A stretch of DNA of 39,092 bases from Candidatus Micrarchaeota archaeon (lineage in GTDB: Archaea; Micrarchaeota; Micrarchaeia; Micrarchaeales; CABMGC01). The stretch spans positions 1 to 39,092 of the forward strand of contig JAJYXH010000075.1 in the NCBI GenBank assembly GCA_021791075.1, written 5' to 3'. Positions 8,121-15,414 of the stretch are shown piece by piece; the stretch's first letter is position 1; every line of letters starts with the position of its first letter. Below the pieces are notes generated by a model. That model was not told the DNA's origin, did not search any database, and saw only the letters and a program-made list of their open reading frames with translations. Both the position numbers and the translations under genes were made by a program.

Positions 8121-9386
8121 TCAATCGGCATATCTCCGCGGCTTTACGGTCCTGGCATACTCCGAAAAAGAGCGTTCCAGGCCGTCGGTGGAGCCAATGC
8201 CTATTACCACCGTCTCGCCCGGCTTTGCGTCCATGATCTCGTTTACAAAGTCGAGCTCCTTCTTTCTGACCTCAGAGTGCGCCTCAGTGTTGGTGAAGGC
8301 CACACATCCGTATTTGTCGAAAAGACAGCTATGCTCCCTGGTAAAACCCTCATGACCGTTAATCTTTATGGCAAACGCCTTATTGTCTCCTTCAATGAGC
8401 CGCGATATCACATCCCCCCTGTTATTCACAAAGGCGCTTGTTACGTCGAAGATCCTCAGTTCGTCGGCAAGGCTATGCCTCTTCTTAATGTGTTCCGGTG
8501 CCTTTGACAGCCTCTGCTGCATAAATATGCCTGCGCTTAGAAGCACTGCTGCGGCAATATAATAGAGGTGCACCGGGGTGTCAAGAATCAAGGCAGAAAA
8601 GAGAATGGTAAGAAATGGCACTGCAAGTATGCTGTTGCCAATAAATAGGGGGCCAAAGGTCTTCAGGGCGTAGTAGTAGAGCGAGCTGCCGATCCCGTAG
8701 GCAGCTATGCCCAGGAAGAGTACGGCAATGATCACGCTCTCGTTAAGTGGCACCAACACGGAAGTTCCTGTGGCGAGGGCGATAGCCAAGATAAAAGCGA
8801 GCGATGCCATATTGAATATCGCTATCGCACCGAATACGTCGACATTGTACTTCTTCATTGCAAGGTTGGGATAGACCACGCAGAGCGCCGACCCAAGCAG
8901 TATGGCCACGTATGGCACCGACGAGGCATTTATGCTGAGCAAAGTGCCTCCCGTAGCAATGACATAGATGCCGGCAAACCCTATAATCGTGGCAAGAAGC
9001 TGGACCTTGGTTACCTTCTGCCTGAGCACTAGCGGCACCAGCACGGCAGACATTATCACCCACACCCTGAACACCGTAGCGGCAACGATCGGGTTTGTGC
9101 CGAGGGTGCCTACCCCGAGCATAAGCTGCGATATGACATTGTTTAGGAGCCCAGCAACGACTATTATCAGAAGAAATCTGCCGGATCTCAGTATCTTCAT
9201 AAGGCCGGCCATCCTGTCCACTGCATAGCTCACCACCAGTGACGTTATGGTTCCGATAAGGAAGGCGTAGAACAGCTGCGGCACCACGCCTATCCCACTT
9301 CCGCCTATGCTTAGCACGACGGGCAGCAGTGCCAGCTCCGTAAGGGCAAGCCCAAGTGCTATGAGCCCTCCGTATAATATCTTCAT
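8121..9386 (-). CDS. EamA/DMT-family transporter with about 120-aa soluble C-terminal extension (GAD-like)
   Basis: About 10 TM helices in two EamA repeats (…VPLVLRQKV…; …LFSALILDTPV…), then a soluble domain starting RIFDVTSAF. Confidence 0.85.
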   Translation of the reverse strand: MKILYGGLIALGLALTELALLPVVLSIGGSGIGVVPQLFYAFLIGTITSLVVSYAVDRMAGLMKILRSGRFLLIIVVAGLLNNVISQLMLGVGTLGTNPIVAATVFRVWVIMSAVLVPLVLRQKVTKVQLLATIIGFAGIYVIATGGTLLSINASSVPYVAILLGSALCVVYPNLAMKKYNVDVFGAIAIFNMASLAFILAIALATGTSVLVPLNESVIIAVLFLGIAAYGIGSSLYYYALKTFGPLFIGNSILAVPFLTILFSALILDTPVHLYYIAAAVLLSAGIFMQQRLSKAPEHIKKRHSLADELRIFDVTSAFVNNRGDVISRLIEGDNKAFAIKINGHEGFTREHSCLFDKYGCVAFTNTEAHSEVRKKELDFVNEIMDAKPGETVVIGIGSTDGLERSFSEYARTVKPRRYAD

Positions 9387-9415
9387 TTACCCCAGATGGG
9401 ACTTGGCTTTTAAGG

Positions 9416-9484
9416 CTTATAAACAAGAACTTTCTGTAAATCTTATTTACATATTCTTCAGATTTTGTAATAGGCCTTTTAAGG
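9416..9484. promoter_or_regulatory. Divergent promoters: EamA TATA (TTTATAAG, - strand, 9423-9416), palindrome TTTACA-N14-TGTAAT (9446-9471), regulator TATA (TTTTAAGG, + strand, 9477-9484)
   Basis: TATA-like boxes about 28-37 nt from each ATG, with the palindrome between them. Confidence 0.65.
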
Positions 9485-9504
9485 TTTTGGTCAGATATGT
9501 CATC

Positions 9505-10533
9505 ATGTATTTCACGAAGCAGGAGAAGGTTATCCTAAGGGAGCTGAGCTTCGACTCACGGGCTACGGTGACGCGCCTTGCGGAGGCAGCAGGATGCTCA
9601 AGACCAACTGCCATGAAGATCATCCAGAGGCTCTCCGAGAGGACTGATATGAGATTCACTCTGGAGTTGAACATGGAGAGGCTGGGCCTTGGCGAGAGGT
9701 ACCTTGTTGCCATCAGGTTCAGAAAGAAGCCTGGCGAGGAAGCCCTCAAGCAGTTCTTCAGGGAAGACAGGCATGCGCAGGACGTCTATCTTGTTAAAGG
9801 CGGATTCGATCTGCTCGTATTTGCGGTCTCCGGAACAGCAGTCGACTATATACGGTGGGAGACGCGCATCTCGGAAACGCTCTCGCAATACGGGCCAACG
9901 ATAATGCCCTCAAGGTATGTGCTCTCGCATTTCGGCTATCTGCCCATGGCAGGGTCCTTCACCGACTTTATCGGTGAAGACAGTAGACTTGATCAGACTG
10001 ACAGGCAGATGCTCGGGTTCCTGAACAGCAACTCACGGACGGGTTACAGGGAGTTGGGGTCGAAGCTCGGAATCACCGAAGCCACAGCCAGGTACCGGCT
10101 CTACAGCATGGTCAAGAGCGGGATCATAACGCGTTTTACTGTGGCTGTACAGAGTCCGGGAGAGGGATACAGCAGCATGGTGTACTTCATAAACTACACG
10201 TTCACCAAGACGACATCTTCTGTCGCATTCGCAAATGCCAGGAGCTGCTACTTTAGCGACGACAAGGAGATGCCGATGTTCAACACTTTTCAGGCGATCT
10301 TCCCGATAAGCGGGAGCTTCAGATCGTTTGGGATGGTGCTGTGCGAGAGCAGGAAGGAGGCCATGGAGAAGGCAGTGCGGAGGCACAGAAGGATATTCAG
10401 GAACGAGGGCATAAGGATGCTTTACGGAGAGCTGGTGAGGCCGATAAAGGGGCTCTTGCCGTTCAGGAGCCTTGACATAAAGTCAGACTACAGGACCATA
10501 AACTGGCACGACCCTGACTATCCCGGGGCATAG
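9505..10533 (+). CDS. Tandem double Lrp/AsnC-family transcriptional regulator (342 aa)
   Basis: Two HTH units (KVILRELSFDSRATVTRLAEAAGCSRPTA; DRQMLGFLNSNSRTGYRELGSKLGITEATARYRL…GII.RFTV), each followed by a RAM-like domain; start moved to ATG 9505. Confidence 0.85.
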   Translation: MYFTKQEKVILRELSFDSRATVTRLAEAAGCSRPTAMKIIQRLSERTDMRFTLELNMERLGLGERYLVAIRFRKKPGEEALKQFFREDRHAQDVYLVKGGFDLLVFAVSGTAVDYIRWETRISETLSQYGPTIMPSRYVLSHFGYLPMAGSFTDFIGEDSRLDQTDRQMLGFLNSNSRTGYRELGSKLGITEATARYRLYSMVKSGIITRFTVAVQSPGEGYSSMVYFINYTFTKTTSSVAFANARSCYFSDDKEMPMFNTFQAIFPISGSFRSFGMVLCESRKEAMEKAVRRHRRIFRNEGIRMLYGELVRPIKGLLPFRSLDIKSDYRTINWHDPDYPGA

Positions 10534-10542
10534 GCCCTAAGT

Positions 10543-13500
10543 TCATCCCTTCGCTCTTGCCTTGATATTTGATATCTCGTCCAGCAAGTCCCTCGACTCG
10601 TTGTCGAGCATGTCCGGGAACTTGTATCTCAATGAGCGTTCGTTCTCGTCGTTCATGAAGGTGTACAGCGTCTCGTTCTCCCTTACCTGCCTGCCGAAGG
10701 TCACGTCCTCCATCGAGATGGCGATGCTCTCCCCAGCCTTCGACTCCTTGAGGCTTATCGCGTTGTCCTGCATCTCCTTGACCCTCCCGACTATCTCGCC
10801 GTGCTGGTTCATCAGCTGCCACGAGGGCCTCAGCCTTCCCCTCTCTACCTTCACCCCGAAGACCGCGGGATGTGAGACCCTGAAACAGCTGTTGGGGAGC
10901 ACCGTCAGCTTGCCCGGGAAGACCAGTGACTTCTCTATCGCCTCCTTGTCAATCTTCCTCTCCGCATCGGCCCACTCCTTGTAATCGTCAATTATCTTGT
11001 AGATTATGTTGCTGTTTATTACCCTAATCCCCGTTGCCTCACTCTCGGCCTTCGCCTCGTCGTCAAGCGGTACGTTGAACGCGAGCACGATGCCCCCGTA
11101 GGGGTCGCTCGCCTTCATAGTGTATGCGTCGAGCACGTCCCTCTTTGTCACCCTCCCTATCTCCTTCTTGCTTATGCTTATCTTCTCTGCTCCGAGGAGC
11201 CTCGATAAGGCCTCTATGCTCCCCATCGTGTCGGCCTTCAGTATGACCCCCGTCTTCTCCACGTCGAATATCTCGCTTATCTCCGACTTTATCTCCTGCT
11301 CGTAGTTCGGTATCTCGGTGGAGAGGACCAGCGACCCCGGAAGCGCTCCGTCGAGGTTGGACGCGCTTATCTTTATGCCTGAGGCGGCGCTCACGCTGTC
11401 TATGTAGTAGAACTTGCTCGACGACTCGCGCAGCTCCTGGAGCTCCTTGGGCTTGAGCAGCGCCTTTATCTTCGCCGTGTCTATCCCAGCCGATGTGGCG
11501 AACGCAATGGTGTCATTTACCTTTAGCGTCCCGTTGTAGAGTATCACGTCTATCGTTGACCCGAGCCCCCTGTCCTCCTTCTTCTCTATTATGTTGCCCC
11601 TCCCAGGCCCCTTTACCTCTATCTCAAGGCGCTGCTCCAGGAACCTCTGCGCCAGCCCGGTCGCGTACATGAGCAGCTCCCCGAGCCCCTCCCCTGTCTT
11701 GGCGCTCACCGGAACTATTATTACCTCCTTCTTGAAGTCCTTGACCCTGTCGAACCTCTCGCTGTTGAACCCGAGCTCGCTCAGCTTGCCCACGAGCCCG
11801 TAGATCTTGGCCTCGAGGTCGTTGACCACGTTGCTCCTCTGTTTCGAGATCGTCTCCGTGAATGAGTTAGTAGACTGGATCATCCATCCGGTTATCGCGT
11901 CTATCTTGTTCGCGGCGACTATGAAAGGGGTCCTGTACTCCTTGAGTATCTCTATCGCCTCGTACGTCTGGGGCTCGAAGCTCTTCGTGACGTCTACAAC
12001 GAGTATTGCAAGGTCCGCAACCGACCCTCCCCTCTTCCTCAGGTTGGTGAAGGCCTCGTGACCCGGGGTGTCTATGAAGAGGAGCCCGGGTATGGTGATC
12101 TTGATCCCGAACTTCTCAAGAAGCGGTCCCACTATCTTCTTGATCACGTCAAGGGGGACCTCGCTCGCTCCTATGTGCTGCGTAATGCCCCCTGCCTCCC
12201 TAACAGTTATCGTCGTGCTTCGGATCTTGTCGAGAAGTGAGGTATTGTGTACAATCAGGTTATTTGCCATAAAGTTATGGGTACCATCTACGGTAAAGTC
12301 ATACACTGAGAAGTCCCCCTTCAGGGATTCGGTACCGGTAACTGCAACTGTCTTATATGAAGAGAGCACCGAAGCGACTGGCAAGGCCGCTGTCTCATCG
12401 CTAAAGCCCAGTATTGTTCTGGCGGCGTATCTTGTCAAGTTATTCTTAGACTCATAATAGCCCAGGTCAAATCCGCGTCTTCCGTGTATGTTATACTGAC
12501 CCCTAAGTTCCTTCACGAACCTTCCGCTAAGCGGAGTCATGTCGAATATCCTGCTTGAAACTGCCTTTCCAATATTTCTATTAAGCTTCTCTGCCTTACT
12601 TGGCTCTGTAAAGCCAATGTTTTCTGCAAAGGCAGCAAGGTTTTCCAATCCACTTATGCTGATCTCCAGGGCAGTCCGTTTATATCTCTTTACAAAGTAT
12701 GACAGGCACCCGAATCTGTGTAGCAATGCGGGCAATTGCCTCATCAACACCTGACTCTCGCAGCTAACCCCTATGCTTCCGGTATAATTCTCTGACTCTG
12801 CGAACCCTTCAGCATCGAAGAAACCCTGAACAAACTTTCCGGCAAGGCTGTTGTCCGACATGCTTACTATATCGGGCAGTGCAAGTATCCTTGTCTTGTC
12901 CTTTTCCGGATAGTCAAACACAGCCACTAGAAACTTAGAGAAAGTCCTGCCCCCTTTGTGGTCGACAATATAAGATGTTCTGCGCCAGGCAGATGTTATG
13001 CCTATTCCAAAAGATTTTGTTAGGCACTTCCCAAACTTATCGATCAAGACTTGCGATGTATTGCTCAGTTTCGCCGAAGACCCGATCCCGTCACCGAACA
13101 ACAGCCCGACGGCATAATAAAGTGCCTCAAACTCCTCGCGCTCATGAGGGATCTTCAACCAGTATGATGTGTGACCTGCCCTTCTCTTTTTGGTGCTTGA
13201 CTTTATCGCGTCTATATTATCATAAATCTCCTCTTTGGGATACCCCATGAGAAAAAGAAGGCGCATCAGCACCGATGGCCGGTAGAATCCGCGCCTTAGA
13301 TGATTGTCAAGCGTGGCGTCACCTATCTCACCAGCGAGCTTGTACACCCTGCCACTGCAATAGCGCACGATCTTTTCGTTGAGGCCCTTCGATATCTTAA
13401 CTAGGAAGGTGTCTGGAAGCTTTTCTATTATGCGCTCCTTTATTCCGGTCAGATTCAGTGCTGAGGTATCTGTCTTCAAAGGCACCAATAGCAGATCCCC

Positions 13501-13887
13501 AGCGCGTAGCTCCTCTGCCTTCTTATACGCCGCCGTTCCATCCTCACAAAAGACTAGGAACTTATGCTCCGGAGTGGTCTTTATCTCATAACCTGCCTTT
13601 GTGGTAACGCGGATAAGTCGGTCTGCCTTAAGCTTCAGTACATGACTGACATCCCTGGGAGAGGCTTTACCCCACTCGTCTACCGAGACGAGCGCCATTC
13701 CAGAAGCCTTGTATGCTATGCCATCTGGCTGACTTATGGGGGATCCGTCATTAAAGGTATTGAATGCCGATTCTGCAGACATGATCCTTCCATCGCCTAT
13801 CTCAAGTAGGGTATCTCCGCTAACACATTTGCCATGGTCCACGTGGCCCATCACGCAAATTATCGGCTGACGTATCATCTTCTCCAC
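10543..13887 (-). CDS. infB: Translation initiation factor aIF5B (IF-2) precursor containing an intein
   Basis: IRQPIICVMGHVDHGK|TSLLD, EAGGITQHIGA, FIDTPGHEAF, NKID. Confidence 0.97.
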   Translation of the reverse strand: MEKMIRQPIICVMGHVDHGKCVSGDTLLEIGDGRIMSAESAFNTFNDGSPISQPDGIAYKASGMALVSVDEWGKASPRDVSHVLKLKADRLIRVTTKAGYEIKTTPEHKFLVFCEDGTAAYKKAEELRAGDLLLVPLKTDTSALNLTGIKERIIEKLPDTFLVKISKGLNEKIVRYCSGRVYKLAGEIGDATLDNHLRRGFYRPSVLMRLLFLMGYPKEEIYDNIDAIKSSTKKRRAGHTSYWLKIPHEREEFEALYYAVGLLFGDGIGSSAKLSNTSQVLIDKFGKCLTKSFGIGITSAWRRTSYIVDHKGGRTFSKFLVAVFDYPEKDKTRILALPDIVSMSDNSLAGKFVQGFFDAEGFAESENYTGSIGVSCESQVLMRQLPALLHRFGCLSYFVKRYKRTALEISISGLENLAAFAENIGFTEPSKAEKLNRNIGKAVSSRIFDMTPLSGRFVKELRGQYNIHGRRGFDLGYYESKNNLTRYAARTILGFSDETAALPVASVLSSYKTVAVTGTESLKGDFSVYDFTVDGTHNFMANNLIVHNTSLLDKIRSTTITVREAGGITQHIGASEVPLDVIKKIVGPLLEKFGIKITIPGLLFIDTPGHEAFTNLRKRGGSVADLAILVVDVTKSFEPQTYEAIEILKEYRTPFIVAANKIDAITGWMIQSTNSFTETISKQRSNVVNDLEAKIYGLVGKLSELGFNSERFDRVKDFKKEVIIVPVSAKTGEGLGELLMYATGLAQRFLEQRLEIEVKGPGRGNIIEKKEDRGLGSTIDVILYNGTLKVNDTIAFATSAGIDTAKIKALLKPKELQELRESSSKFYYIDSVSAASGIKISASNLDGALPGSLVLSTEIPNYEQEIKSEISEIFDVEKTGVILKADTMGSIEALSRLLGAEKISISKKEIGRVTKRDVLDAYTMKASDPYGGIVLAFNVPLDDEAKAESEATGIRVINSNIIYKIIDDYKEWADAERKIDKEAIEKSLVFPGKLTVLPNSCFRVSHPAVFGVKVERGRLRPSWQLMNQHGEIVGRVKEMQDNAISLKESKAGESIAISMEDVTFGRQVRENETLYTFMNDENERSLRYKFPDMLDNESRDLLDEISNIKARAKG
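12244..13827 (-). mobile_element. Intein (528 aa) with LAGLIDADG homing endonuclease in the infB P-loop
   Basis: Starts CVSGDT, block B TPEHKF, LAGLIDADG motifs VGLLFGDG and FVQGFFDAEG, ends VYDFTV…IVHN, +1 Thr; visibly more AT-rich than the exteins. Confidence 0.96.
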
Positions 13888-14047
13888 TTCAGTATGAGTA
13901 CAATCTCAATTGCATACAAAATATATAAATAGACGGTAAAGTAGAGCTTATTGCCTGTGGTGAATTGATGATAAGCGTCAGAGCACGGTTAACATTATAT
14001 AAATCCTACGGCAGCATATAGTAAATTGATTTGATAGTGGCGAGTGT

Positions 14048-14593
14048 ATGGGCCAAGAACTGATATTCATAAAATACGACGGAATAGAGCGAAAGCTGGT
14101 AGGTACTGTGATAAGCAGGTTTGAGAATGCAGGATTCAAGATCGAGAAGATCAAGAAGGGCAGGATCTCAAAAGAGCTCTCAGAGCTTCTCTACCAGGAC
14201 TCCGAGACGCAGCTCAACGGCATGGGCGCAAAGACACTCAAGGCGATGACGGACAAGGGGGAGAAGGACAAGATAATGGAGATATTCAAGACCGAGGTGC
14301 CGTTCGAGATAGGCAAGCTGCTGAACACGTGGAACAGGCTCTATGCGACTTCATACGACGTGATCGCGCTCGTAATCTCAAAGGACGGCGATGCCGTTAC
14401 CGAGGCAAGGGCGATAGTCGGAAAGACCGATCCGTCGATCTCGCCCAAGGGCACGATACGTGGGGACTTTGCCGCGGACTCGATATACAAGGCGAACCTT
14501 GAGAAGAGGGCATGCCAGAACATAATACATGCATCCGACGTCGACACGGCGGAGATGGACGTGAAGAACTTCGAGGAGCACTTCTTCAGGTAA
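14048..14593 (+). CDS. ndk: Nucleoside diphosphate kinase
   Basis: IKYDGIER, GKTDP…GTIRGDFA, NIIHASD. Confidence 0.92.
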   Translation: MGQELIFIKYDGIERKLVGTVISRFENAGFKIEKIKKGRISKELSELLYQDSETQLNGMGAKTLKAMTDKGEKDKIMEIFKTEVPFEIGKLLNTWNRLYATSYDVIALVISKDGDAVTEARAIVGKTDPSISPKGTIRGDFAADSIYKANLEKRACQNIIHASDVDTAEMDVKNFEEHFFR

Positions 14594-14606
14594 GCCAGGT
14601 CTGCTT

Positions 14607-14810
14607 ATGGCAAAGGAAAGGGAGATCATAATACTCGATGTGGACAAGGGAAAGTTGAAGGGGTCACAGGGAGCTGGGAGCCAGGCACACGGGAACCTAC
14701 CACTTCAAGAGGATTGAGTTCGTCTTTGGTGGGGACATAAAGGTCAAGCACTTCTGGGCAGGATAAGGACTGATGGAAAGGAGATCACGATCTATTGTAA
14801 AGGCAAAGCC
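14607..14810 (+). pseudogene. CYTH-domain (class IV adenylate cyclase/triphosphatase) remnant with frameshifts
   Basis: Pieces in different frames: MAKEREIIILDVDKGKL / RELGARHTGTYHFKRIEF / RIRTDGKEITI, matching the CYTH N-terminal pattern. Confidence 0.55.
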
Positions 14811-14819
14811 ATACTGCTC

Positions 14820-15125
14820 TCAGACCTGCATGCTCATCCTGACCTCCTCCGTTATCATCTCCGGGGTCCACGCGGGCTCCCATACCAGGTCTATGTTTAC
14901 CTGCCCCGCATCCTGGATATGCTCCAGCCTTAGCTGCACGTCGGCAAGGATTATGCTTGTGACAGGGCACATCGGGCTCGTCATGGTGAGCCTTATGCTG
15001 ATGTTGTTCTCCCTGTCTATGGTTATTCCGTGGATCAGGCCAAGGTCGACTATGTTTATCCCTATCTCAGGGTCGACGCAGCCTTTGAGCGCAGTTATTA
15101 CCTGATCGATCGTTATCTTCTGCAT
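14820..15125 (-). CDS. DUF59 / SufT / MIP18-like Fe-S cluster assembly factor
   Basis: DPEIGINIVDLGLI, TMTSPMCP, VWEPAWTPEMI. Confidence 0.92.
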   Translation of the reverse strand: MQKITIDQVITALKGCVDPEIGINIVDLGLIHGITIDRENNISIRLTMTSPMCPVTSIILADVQLRLEHIQDAGQVNIDLVWEPAWTPEMITEEVRMSMQV

Positions 15126-15229
15126 ACGTTAATACGCTTGGCCGTAACCCTTATTTTAACTTATCGTTGGCACTCCCCACGGCCTCTCATGGCCATACGC
15201 CAACTTCGGCACGAAGAACCAGGTCCAGG

Positions 15230-15367
15230 TCAGCAGCAAGTGCAGCCGCACTTTGCCTTCTTTCCGGCGCAGCAGCTGCAATCACAGCAGGGGCAGCAGT
15301 TCATGCAGCACTCCTCCTCCTCCTTGCTCGGCTTTCTGGACGTTCTTCGCACTGCCTTTTTCGCCAT
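15230..15367 (-). CDS. Metallothionein-like 45-aa Cys-rich peptide (MAKKAVRRTSRKPSKEEEECCMNCCPCCDCSCCAGKKAKCGCTCC)
   Basis: Manual translation; 13 Cys in the last 26 residues as CC/CxC; AT-rich TATA-like box about 25-30 nt upstream; absent from the ORF track. Confidence 0.75.
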   Translation of the reverse strand: MAKKAVRRTSRKPSKEEEECCMNCCPCCDCSCCAGKKAKCGCTCC

Positions 15368-15414
15368 ATTGTCAATTAACAGAAGCCAAACTATTTATGC
15401 GTTCCTTCCCTGCC

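Noticed and set aside
9505..10533. Possible fused siroheme decarboxylase AhbAB/NirDL (also double Lrp-like)
   Set aside because: Lacks the H.Y.R motifs; no heme biosynthesis genes nearby; divergent-regulator context fits a transcription factor
15161..15232. Selenocysteine readthrough of the Cys-rich ORF's TGA
   Set aside because: No recognisable archaeal SECIS, no Sec genes in the window, and the extension is not Cys-patterned
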